A stretch of 64,000 bases of DNA from Azolla caroliniana (taxonomy: Eukaryota; Plantae; Polypodiophyta), in NCBI GenBank assembly GCA_043228905.1, contig JBHGNT010000018.1:2232001-2296000 (forward strand). The letters run 5' to 3'. The stretch's first letter is position 1, and every line of letters begins with the position of its first letter. Below are positions 22,230 through 33,122 of this stretch, piece by piece. The translations under genes were made by a program, and so were the position numbers. Under the pieces are notes generated by a model that made no database searches, was not told where the DNA came from, and saw nothing but the letters and a program-made list of their open reading frames with translations.

Positions 22230-25200
22230 TCAACACTCCCCCTCAAGCTCAACCTGAGGTGGGGTCGTAGTGTCGACCTCTGTGGCAGTCGGTTCTTCCA
22301 ACCGACTTCTCCTGGTGTCACTCCGCCTTGCTCGCGCTCCTCGTCCGGTCCGGTCCCGTTTGCTGCGACCCCTTTGGTTCTGTGCGCCTCGACCCTCTCG
22401 GTCGGCATGTCTGCTCAACAGGCCCATCTCAGCACTCACGTTGCTGTGACTCCGGCGCTTGCCGATCCGTCGGTTCTCCCACGATGGCATCGACTTCCGC
22501 TGTGTCCGTGTCCCCTTGGCCTTCAATCGATCCGACTCATCCGGATCCATCTGTTGATCCGAGTCAGCTGTCTCCGACTCGTTCCAGCTCTTGTTCGAAT
22601 CGGTACACTCCGATTCGACTTCCGGCTTCAGGCCTCTCACCACATCAGATCACTTCCGAGTCTTGGCCTTCTCCATGCTTCCCTCGGCTTCTTCAGCCGG
22701 TGAACCGAAATCGAATTCTTCATTCGACTCCGTATCATGGTCAGTACCGTCGTGATGACCTCCGCACAACATGCACTTCTCTTCCTGAGTGCACAACTCT
22801 TCTTCACAGCCGCTTGCTCTGACCTGTTCGGATGTGTCGACTTCCTTCGTCGACTCGGCTTCCTTCATCTTCTTGTCTCCTCTTCTTCCGGCTCTCCTCT
22901 TACCGACGGGTTCAACAGTTTTTTGGCCTTTGCCCCTTTCGATAGAGACTTTGCCCTTGCCCTTGCTTCTCCCCCTCAAGTGCGGCACGTCGAGATGCTG
23001 AATACCAAGCATGTCGGTAAAGTGCTGCAACTTGTGCGATCCGAGCGGCTTGGTGAAGATGTCGGCAACTTGCTGATCCGTATGAACATACCGTAGGTCA
23101 ACTTCACCGCTCAGGACCTGCTCACGCACGAAGTGGTAGTGCACCTCGATGTGCTTTGTGCGAGCATGGAACACAGGGTTCCTGGCGAGCTGCAGGCTGC
23201 TCATTTTATCGCAGTAAATCAGGATCGGGGTCGGTACCTCGATCCGCAAGTCTCGCAGCAGTCGCCGAAGCCAGATGGCTTCACAAGTGGCAACGGTAGC
23301 GGCCCGGTACTCAGCCTCAGTGCTTGACAAACCCACTGTGGGCTGCTTCTTGTTGCTCCAGGCAACGACCGCGCTACCTATGGAGAACATGTATCCGGAA
23401 GTGGAGCGGCGATCAGACACATCGCCGGCCCAGTCAGCATCTGTGTAACCTCGCCGGTATACCTCGCCGGTATAGCAGTCCCCGGTCCTTAGTGCCGCTG
23501 ACATACTGTAATATTCGTTGCGCGCACTGAAGGTGCTCCACGGTCGGCTTGTGCATGAACTGACTTACCATGCCGATCGGATAGCTGATGTCGGGTTGGG
23601 TGATGGTTAAGTAGATCAGGCTTCCGACAACCTGTCGGAACCGTTTCTCATTGTAGGCCGGTCCGGAGTTGGGACGGAGCTTCTGGTTCCGGTCCAGGGG
23701 TGTGGAGACAGGTCGGCAATCCGTCATGCCGAACTTATACAACATATTCAACACGTAATGTCGTTGTGAGAGCAATATGCCGTCAGGGGTCCGGATCACT
23801 TCGATCCCAAGAAAATAATGAAGGTCCCCCAGGTCCTTCATTTCGAATGCGTCTGACAACTGGGACTTGACGCGGTTGATTTCGGGAAGACCCGGTCCGG
23901 TGATGACTAAATCATCCACATACAAGAGTATACATACCGGACCGTCAGAGCCTTGTCGGATGAACAATGAAGAGTCCGACTTAGAGACAGCAAACCCCAG
24001 CTTATGCAACCGGTGCGTGATCTTCGCGTTCCAAGCTCGGGGGGCTTGCTTCAAGCCGTAAAGCGACTTCTTCAGTCGGCATACCGCCGACTTGTTCATC
24101 TCCAAGTGAAATCCGGGGGGCTGAGTCATAAAGACTTCTTCTTCAAGCTCTCCTTGAAGGAAAGCGTTCTTCACATCCATCTGGTGAAGATGCCACCCCC
24201 TTGCCGCAGCAACCGCCAATACCACATGAACCGTCATCATCTTCGCCACAGGAGCGAAGGTCTTGTCGTAGTCGATTCCGTGGGTCTGCGCGTATCCCTT
24301 TGCCACTAATCGGGCTTTGTACCGGTTAACAGAACCGTCGGCGTTGTACTTGACCTTGTACACCCACTTGCATCCGATCGGTTTACAGTGACGGGGAGGA
24401 TCAACTAGGTCCCAAGTTTCGTTGGCATCGAGTGCCCGCATTTCTTCGTCCATAGTGGCACGCCAATTTGCGTCCTTTGCCGCTTTTGCGTAGCTCTCCG
24501 GCTCACGCACTTCTGTCACCTTAGTCATGTACGCATAATGATGCGCCATGTATTCATTGTACCCGTACCGTATGATGGGATCCTTCTGGCGGGTTGATCG
24601 ACGCAATGCACCGTCACCTGATTTGAGGCCCTTCTTGGCCAGTTCGGTCTTCGTTGCCGAAGATTCTCCTTTCTCCTTTCCGGAGTTGGATACGCACCGA
24701 TCCGACTCATCGTTGCCGGTTTCGAATTCCGGCATCTTCCTCTTCCCCTTCTCTTTGCGCGTGAACCGTTTCCTCGGTTCCTTGCGCGGGCAGAGCACGG
24801 CAGAGTCTCCACCACTTGCCGTCTCTTCATCCGACTGGTCCAACCGACTCAGTCGCTCATTCGGTCCACTCAACCGAAACCATTCCGAACTCTCATCTTG
24901 AGTCCCGGCTTCATCATCCTCTGCCAAGGCTGATTCAGGCTCACTAGCCTGATCCTCTGGCATTGGGTCGGGATCGGAAGTCGGAGTCGGTACGGAGTAC
25001 CAGGATGCCGATTCGTCGAACTCGACATCCCGGCTAACTCGAACTTTCTTCGTCCGGGGGTTATAGCACTTATACCCCTTTTGCTCTTGAGCATAGCCGA
25101 CTAGGATGCATTTTTCCGATTTTGCATCCAACTTTCTCCGCTTCTAATCCGGCACATGCACATACGCTATGTTGCCGAATATCCGAAGGTGTCTTAAGTT

Positions 25201-25297
25201 CGGCTTGCGCCCGAAATACAGCTCATGAGCTGACACCTTGTCACCAATGCGGTTTTGTATGTAGATGGCCGTCTGAACTGCCTCTGCCCAACAGAAC
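22230..25297 (-). pseudogene. 3' half of copia pol (INT end, RT, RNase H, long charged C-terminal tail)
   Basis: [50 protein letters not shown]; 13-bp duplication frameshift ~23448-23473 and stops. Confidence 0.92.
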
Positions 25298-26227
25298 TGT
25301 TGGGAGACAGGTCCCTCCGGATGGGAAGGAAGAAGAACAGTGCCGACGAAACGGTATGAGGAGAACCCTGCTACGGAGAGCCGGATGGTGCAGCCCCGGT
25401 ATGAACCGGATGAGGAGTACCCGGCTACGGAGAGCCGGATGGTGCAGGCTCGGTATGAACCGGTGTCGTGAAGAAAACCGTCCATAGGCGGAATCGGCGC
25501 ACCTAGGCGTGGGAACCGGTTCTTCACGCGCGCAAGCTCCAAGTTGTACGAAGAAGCGAGTTAGGAGGATAATCGGCAGGAACGGGCCCTAACATAGGTG
25601 GAGACAAAGACCGCGCGAACAGTCTTTTCGGTCGCGCGCGCGAGCTAAAGGACGGCCTGCTCGTCGGGCTATATAAGAGCAGGAAAGAGCTGTTGCAAGG
25701 GAGATCGGGCGGAGAGGACGAAGTGCTGTCGGACCGTTTCTGGACGCTTCTCTCTCTCTGTTTCCTTCCTTCTTGAGCTCCATAGCTTTCTGTGCAGGGT
25801 TCCGAGGAGGCTCGCGCTGTTTCGAGGAACGCCCGAGTGCTTCCGGCAGCACCTCCAACCTGCTACCCCCCTCCCTTGCCCTGTTTTGTGCGTCGAAGCG
25901 AGCAGGCATCGGCATCTGTTCGCCGGCCTGTTCGGTTGTAACCAACCTGTGCCCCATCGAGGGTTGTAGTAGTGTTAGCCATTTTCTTAATATACATATT
26001 AAGTCATTCGCATCTGTCTGTGTCGGTGTCTGTTCGCGTTCTCCGTGCTGAAGGGCCGTGTCCCTGTGTATCCCCGGTCCTGCGTAGCCGGTTCTCTCTC
26101 TTTCTCCTCCCTCGCTTGCTCTTTGGTTCGAGACCCCCGCGGTCCCGCCTCGATTCCACACGCACTTGCGTAATATCTCGACATCTTTGGTGAACCCGAC
26201 GTGAAAGAGGCGGCAGAAGAGCAGAAG

Positions 26228-28354
26228 ATGAGGGGGTCGGATCTTGCAGAGGCCATGGCTTCGGCCGTGGATCGGATTGTAAACGCGCGCAAGGGCACCG
26301 GTGCCCTCGACAGAGCTATTGAGGCGGTCGTCGGCACGATCGGCCGGTTCGATGGGAGGGATGCCACGAGGTATCTGGCGTCCTACGGTGCAGAAATGTT
26401 GATGCGGGACATTCCGGAAGAAAGGCGTCTTGCCGGATTTCCCCGAGTGGCAATGCCGAGCATCCATGCGGAGGTGCTCGAGGTGCGGGCGGAGAGCCGT
26501 ACCTGGGAGGAGTTCGAAGGCCGGCTCCTAGAGAAATACGGGCTGGACGACGCGCTCCGGCTTTCGAAGCGAAGGTTCATGGAATGGGTGGAGTCCCCGG
26601 GGAAGGGAAGAAACGCGTCGGCACTCCTCCGTGAGTTCGAGGAAAACTTTGCGCGCCTTTCGGCGCTCGACCGAACCATCCTGGACACGAGCCGGGTCTT
26701 GCTGTTTGTCAAGTCGGTCGACGAGCGGGATCGGGAGCAAGTGGGCCTCTTGCTGGAAACCGAAGACGGGCTCACTACCGACTGGGCGGCTGTCAAGAAG
26801 GTCTGTGGCCGTTTCGACAAACGGCGAGAATGGGCGGATAACGGGGTAACCGGGTCGGGCTCGGTCGCAGCAAGGAAGTTCGAACCAGCGCCACAGGTGC
26901 GGAAGGAAGAGACCCGAGAGTGGTTGGAAACCGGTTCGGCTTCGACCGACGTAGTCAGAGGCTCAACCGGAGGAGCGGCGCTGGAGGAATTGACGAGGGC
27001 GGTAAAGGACCTCCAAATCGCGCAAGCCCGAAGGGAAGGTGGCGAACCGGCTCGTGACCGACGACCGGCGGCAGGAAACAAGTGCATGTGGTGCGATGAA
27101 GTCGGCCACATTCGGAAGGACTGCGGCGACTTCGCGGAGGCGCTGAGGAACAGGGTGGTGTACCTGTGGGAAGGACGGGTGCATGCCAGCGACACCCGAA
27201 GGGCCCTGAGCCGAAACGACGGGCGAGGTGGTATGAAAAGGTTGATGGAAGAGGCGGCGGCCCGACACGCGGAAACCGTCCACTACTCGGCGTCGGCCGG
27301 CATTCGAGTCGGGGGCGGCGAGGCCCGAAGGGAAAGCAAAACCGGATTCTGGCCGACGATGCTGGAAGGCCTTGTCGATGCAAGGCTTAAAAGGGAGGAA
27401 TCGGACCGTGCGGAGAAACGGGTACGGGAGATGACCGGGTGGAGCGACCCTGTTGAGGAAAAGACGGGCTTCGTGGAAGCCGCTTGCCAGAACCACGAGG
27501 CCCTCGTAGAAGAGAAGCGGGTGGGGAAACCCGGGACGACCGGGCCCTCACAACGATACGAGACCCGGTCCGGGCCACGACGGGACGAAGCCGGCGGGGC
27601 CGGTACGCAAGATAAACCCCAGAAGGGCGGGTACCATCTGGGGACGGAGATAGAAAGGACCACGGACTTACGAAAGGTCCTGGAGGAGCGGATCCTCGAC
27701 AGTAAGGTGGAGTTGTCGTTACGAGAGGTGCTGGGAATCGCCAAGAAGGAGTTCCACGACTCCATCGTGGACTTGGTGAAACGGAAGAGGCTGTCAACGG
27801 AGACAGAACCGGAAAGACCGGTGGAAGTGCGGACGACGCACCTAGACGACATGGCGCTGGGAGACGAGTGGGCGGAAAGCTACTATTCGAGACCACACTG
27901 GGCCCGAGCGACCACGGAAACCCCGGTGAAGATCGGCGATGTCCAGGAACCGGCGATAGCTTTGGTGGACCATGGATCGGAGATCAATTTGATGTCCATG
28001 GACTTCTATAAGAAGGGCAAATGGCCGATCAACACCAAGCACGGGTGGAAAATAAGGGCAGCAACGCGCGCCACCGAGGAACTGCACGGGGCCTGTCCGA
28101 ATGTGCGAGTCAAGATCGGCGACGTCGAGATTGACCAGCACTTCTTCGTGCAGGAGACGTCCTCGCATCCGGTCATACTGGGAGAGCCGTACATCACGAC
28201 GGCGCGAATGGAGACCAAGGTGCTGGACAATGGTTCGGCCTACGCGAGGGTCAAAAGCCAAGACGGGCGCCATTCGGTCCAGTTTCTGACGGTACGGCCG
28301 AACCACGAACGTAACCGCGATTCCCTCGGTTCCGAAACCCGAGAGGATTTTTAG
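26228..28354 (+). CDS. Gag-protease ORF1 of gypsy copy A (intact)
   Basis: IGRFDGRDATRYL, knuckle CMWCDEVGHIRKDC, protease-like ALVDHGSEINLM...VILGEPY. Confidence 0.9.
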   Translation: MRGSDLAEAMASAVDRIVNARKGTGALDRAIEAVVGTIGRFDGRDATRYLASYGAEMLMRDIPEERRLAGFPRVAMPSIHAEVLEVRAESRTWEEFEGRLLEKYGLDDALRLSKRRFMEWVESPGKGRNASALLREFEENFARLSALDRTILDTSRVLLFVKSVDERDREQVGLLLETEDGLTTDWAAVKKVCGRFDKRREWADNGVTGSGSVAARKFEPAPQVRKEETREWLETGSASTDVVRGSTGGAALEELTRAVKDLQIAQARREGGEPARDRRPAAGNKCMWCDEVGHIRKDCGDFAEALRNRVVYLWEGRVHASDTRRALSRNDGRGGMKRLMEEAAARHAETVHYSASAGIRVGGGEARRESKTGFWPTMLEGLVDARLKREESDRAEKRVREMTGWSDPVEEKTGFVEAACQNHEALVEEKRVGKPGTTGPSQRYETRSGPRRDEAGGAGTQDKPQKGGYHLGTEIERTTDLRKVLEERILDSKVELSLREVLGIAKKEFHDSIVDLVKRKRLSTETEPERPVEVRTTHLDDMALGDEWAESYYSRPHWARATTETPVKIGDVQEPAIALVDHGSEINLMSMDFYKKGKWPINTKHGWKIRAATRATEELHGACPNVRVKIGDVEIDQHFFVQETSSHPVILGEPYITTARMETKVLDNGSAYARVKSQDGRHSVQFLTVRPNHERNRDSLGSETREDF

Positions 28355-31300
28355 AGAGGACTGCCAAGGCGTGGGGCCGCGACAGTCCGGATGCTCGGGA
28401 AAAACCCCACATCTGTACGATAAAACCGTGTACAATAGGTAGGAAATTTTGCTTCTCCAACAGCGGAGCATGTACGATGGTCGGCATCACCGGCCGAGAG
28501 AAAACAAAGACGGAGGGGAGACTTCGGGCGTGCGGTGTTCTCGGCCCTGACGAAGGAATCAACGGAGCCGTGGAGGCAGTCTCCTTCGACGACACCTTGG
28601 GAATGCTGGGGAAGGTAGTCGAAGAAGACCTTAACGAAGACCGGACGATACCGGTATGTTCCGAAGAAATGTACGAAGTCATCGCGGACTTCGGTCGAGG
28701 GCTCGAGTCGGAACGGACGGCCCGAGTGAGCACCAAGTACAAGACGGTGGACCGGAAGGTGAGGCCAGTTGCGGCGCCCTTACCGGAGGGCAGTGAATCC
28801 TGGATTAAAGGGGTTGCATCGGACCCCAGCTTACGAGATCGGGCCTGCATAGGACACACCTTCACCAACGAGACGCTCCGCGAGCTGAAGATCGGTGGGG
28901 GCGGGTTCCTACTGCCGGCGGAGGAAGACCGGTTCCGGAGAATGCTCGGAAGGCACGGGAAAGCCTTCGCATTCTCACCGGAGGAAATCGGGTGCGTAGA
29001 CCCGACGATCGTAGAACCGATGGTGATATTCACAGTACCGCATGTACCGTGGAATCTCAAGCCAATTCCGGTTCCGAGAGCTCACATCCCGAAGTTGATG
29101 GGGCTGTTGAAGCAGAAAGTTGATATGGGCATTCTCGAGCCATCGAGCGCCCCGTATTCAAACCGATGGTTTACCGTACCAAAGAAAAACTGATCATTGC
29201 GCTTCATTCAGGACCTGCAGCCGGTCAACAGAGTGACCATTCGGAACGCAGGGATCGGACCGACCATAGACGAGTTCGCGGAGGCCTTCGCCGGAAGGTC
29301 GATTTACTCGGTCGGTGATCTATACTCAGGGTACGACCAGTTCCAGCTAGCCGTGGAGAGCAGAGACATTACGACGATGCGAACTCCCCTCGGCCTAGTG
29401 CGGATGTGTACGCTGCCGCAAGGAGGGACCAACTCGGTGGCCCACATTGTGAATGCAATGAACAAGGTGCTGAGGGACTGCATCCCGGACATCACCATGC
29501 CGTTTCTAGACGACATCCCGATCAAGGGATGCCCGGTAGAAGAGAAGGACGAGACGGTCGGGCCGGACGGATGCCGGCGGTTCGTGATGGCGCACATCGA
29601 CGACTGCGAGAAGGTGCTGCAAAGGCTAGAGGATGCGAGGCTCACCTTCTCGGGGGAGAAATCAGCCTTCGGGCAGTCGGAAATCATGGTGGTCGGACAC
29701 TTATGTGGGCCATATGGCCGGAAACCGTCTCCGGCAAAGGTAGAAGCCATCTCCGCGATGAAGCCCGACTGCAGCTCGGTCACGGAAGTACGAAGATTCC
29801 TGGGGGCATGCGCATTCTACCACATATGGATCCCGCATTACGCCCATGTTGCGGAGCCGCTATACGGATTATTGAGGAAAGGGCAAAGATTCGAATGGCT
29901 AGACAAGCACACGGAGTCGGTCCGGAAGCTGAAGGAGGCTCTTTCGGCAGCACCGGCGCTCCGAAAGGCCGTCTACAGGAAGGGCACCCCAGTGTACATA
30001 ACGGTTGACACGAGTCCGACCGGAATCGGGTGGGTCGTCAAGCAAGAAGACGAGGACGGCAATCGGTTTCCGATCCGATTCGGCGCGAAGGTCCTCAGCG
30101 AACGGCAGCGAGGGTACGCCCAGGTTAAACGCGAACTCTGGGGTATCGTTTCGGCGGTGAAGGCCGACAATGACTATCTGATCGGGACGGAGGTAATCAT
30201 AGAGACGGATTGCATGCCGATTCTCGGCATGGTTTCCGGATGCGCGACGCCGGACCTGGCAATGCTCAGGTGGATAGCGTACATCAAGTCCCTAGACTCG
30301 GTAATACGACACATTTCCGGGAAAGACAACGCCATGGCCGACATGCTTTCAAGGGCGAGATTCGATGACGAAGGCGGCATGATTTCGGAGGACGAAGAGG
30401 TCGGCGTGGACTTCTTCGAGACTGCGTATGTAACAACCGACGGGACAAGCACTCCGGCACTTAACGACTTCGACGCGAGCAAGTACGACGGGGAGTGGCT
30501 GCAGATCGGTGGGTTTTTGAAGACAATGACGCCCGATGCGTCATGGACGAAGGACGAGGCCAACCGGATCCGGAAGAAAGCGTACCGGTTCTTTCTCCGG
30601 GATGGCTATCTATGGAAGCACCCGAAGAAGAGGGACGGCGCTCCGCTCCGGGTAGTGGCGATGAAGGAAGAACAGGAGGAGCTGCTGACGGCCTACCACG
30701 ACAGCCCTTGGGCTGGACACCGTGGAACATGGGCTATGTTTGAGAAACTGAAGGGGAAGTATTGGTGGCCGGGGCAGTACCGGGACGTGCATCGGTTCGT
30801 GACAACTTGCGAGAGCTGTCAGATGCACTCCATAGTCCGACATCGGGACGAGCTTCACCCCACGTACCCTCCGACCATCCACTTCAAATGGATGGTAGAT
30901 CTGGTGACGATGCCAATGGGGGTAGGACAGATGCGGTACCTGGTCCTAGCGCGAGAGGATCTGACGAACCAGGTGGAAGGCCGGGCCCTTCCGAACAAAA
31001 CGACCGCGGCCGTATGCCGGTTCCTAATCGAGGACGTGATATGCCGGTACGGGTGCGTCGGGAAGATCGTGGCTGACCGAGGGGAGTTGGACGCTGAAGA
31101 AGCCGCGGAGCTGTTCGGCCGGCTGGGAGTCAAGCTCTCGCTCACCACTGCGTACAATCCGGAGGCGAATGGAAAGGTGGAGCGCGGACACGGACCGATC
31201 GTCAAGGCGTTGGTTCGGGCATGCGGAGGCCGAGTCGGTGACTGGCCGCGGCTGCTACCTTATGCTTTGTGGGCAGACCGGACCACGCACAGTTCGGTAA

Positions 31301-31833
31301 CCGGGTACATGCCGACGGAGCTCATGTTCGGCCAGAAGCCGATCATGCCGATAGAACGGGCTATCTCCTCGTGGGCAACGGTCGACTGGAGGGACGAGAT
31401 GAGCCGGGAGGAGTTGTTGGCCGCGCGCATACGACAGCTCGAGCGGAGACCGGAGGACGTGGAACTGGCTACGGAGAAGCTCCGGGTGGCGAGGGAAAAG
31501 AACAAAGCCAGGTTCGACCGAACGCACCGGCTCTGACCGAAGAAAATCGAAGAAGGTGACTGGGTGCTCGTCTACGACAGCAGCCTCGACAACCAGCACC
31601 GAGCTACACGGAAGTTCGCACGAAGGTGGTTCGGGCCTTACGTGGTACGGAGCGCCAACGACAACGGGACATATCACCTGGCGGAACTCGACGGCACGAG
31701 AATGGCGATACCGGTTGCAGGGAAGCGGATCAAGGCGTTCAAGAAGCGACACGACGACGAGCCAGACTCGGCTCTCCTGGTCAGCAGTGACGAACGATCC
31801 GAAAACGAGGAAGAACCGACGGGCGAGGAATGA
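28345..31833 (+). pseudogene. RT-RNase H-integrase ORF2 of gypsy copy A (-1 frame; stops at 29191 and 31534)
   Basis: YSNRWFTVPKK, DLYSGYDQF, PFLDDIPIKG, VDTSPTGIG, HHCC finger, ADRGE/NGKVERGH, WFGPY; no chromodomain. Confidence 0.93.
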
Positions 31834-33122
31834 AGACGGGCCGGTTTTCTCCGTCCCAACTTTCTTGGCGCATACCGGAGGATGCGCGGTTAGGTGGGGG
31901 CGGATGTCGTGAAGAAAACCGTCCATAGGCGGAATCGGCGCACCTAGGCGTGGGAACCGGTTCTTCACGCGCGCAAGCTCCAAGTTGTACGAAGAAGCGA
32001 GTTAGGAGGATAATCGGCAGGAACGGGCCCTAACATAGGTGGAGACAAAGACCGCGCGAACAGTCTTTTCGGTCGCGCGCGCGAGCTAAAGGACGGCCTG
32101 CTCGTCGGGCTATATAAGAGCAGGAAAGAGCTGTTGCAAGGGAGATCGGGCGGAGAGGACGAAGTGCTGTCGGACCGTTTCTGGACGCTTCTCTCTCTCT
32201 GTTTCCTTCCTTCTTGAGCTCCATAGCTTTCTGTGCAGGGTTCCGAGGAGGCTCACGCTGTTTCGAGGAACGCCCGAGTGCTTCCGGCAGCACCTCCAAC
32301 CTGCTACCCCCCTCCCTTGCCCTGTTTTGTGCGTCGAAGCGAGCAGGCATCGGCATCTGTTCGCCGGCCTGTTCGGTTGTAACCAACCTGTGCCCCATCG
32401 AGGGTTGTAGTAGTGTTAGCCATTTTCTTAATATACATATTAAGTCATTCGCATCTGTCTGTGTCGGTGTCTGTTCGCGTTCTCCGTGCTGAAGGGCCGT
32501 GTCCCTGTGTATCCCCGGTCCTGCGTAGCCGGTTCTCTCTCTTTCTCCTCCCTCGCTTGCTCTTTGGTTCGAGACCCCCGCGGTCCCGCCTCGATTCCAC
32601 ACGCACTTGCGTAATATCTCGACACCGGATGAAGAGACATATTCGTAAATATGTTTCTGAGAGCCCATCGAGGCTACATTTGTAAATAGCCGAAAAGTCA
32701 TATTAGTATAAATATGACTTAGGGCAAACTTTTAAAGTAGTAGTTGTTGTTACTTTTCTTGTTGGTGCAAGAAGAAGAGAGTGTACAGAGTGAGAGAGAG
32801 AGAAAGAGGTCGTTGCCTCTGTTGGAACCACCGCCTGTGGCGAAGAGTGTGAGTTCGAGGTCCTTGCCTCCGAGAACTCACTGTTTTGTACATTCATACA
32901 TAGTGACAGTTTGCAGCCTGTGGGCTGCCGTGGTTTTTCCCCTAGTTTGGGGTTTTCCACGTAAACCTCCTGTGTAGTGTGTGTGTATCTTCCTCTCCTT
33001 TGTATCGTGTTTTATTTCCCGTTTTTTCTGTGTATGAAAAGAATCTCGGTTGTGGCCGAGCGTTGCGCATAAGGAACGTTGGGTTCCCGACAAGTGGTAT
33101 CAGAGCGAAATCGACACAGAAA

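Larger units (their letters stand above)
25464..32624 (+). mobile_element. Full-length non-chromovirus Ty3/gypsy element, tRNA-Trp PBS (copy A)
   Basis: 720-bp LTRs 25464-26183 and 31905-32624 (TGTCGTG...CGACA); 4-bp TSD CCGG; PBS TGGTGAACCCGACGTGAA 26188-26205; PPT-like AGGTGGGGGCGGA. Confidence 0.96.

Noticed and set aside
25589-26467. Long antisense ORFs across gypsy LTRs (also 32030-32701, 36137-37045, 42695-43210)
   Set aside because: GC-rich shadow frames; frame not maintained between the two LTR subfamilies
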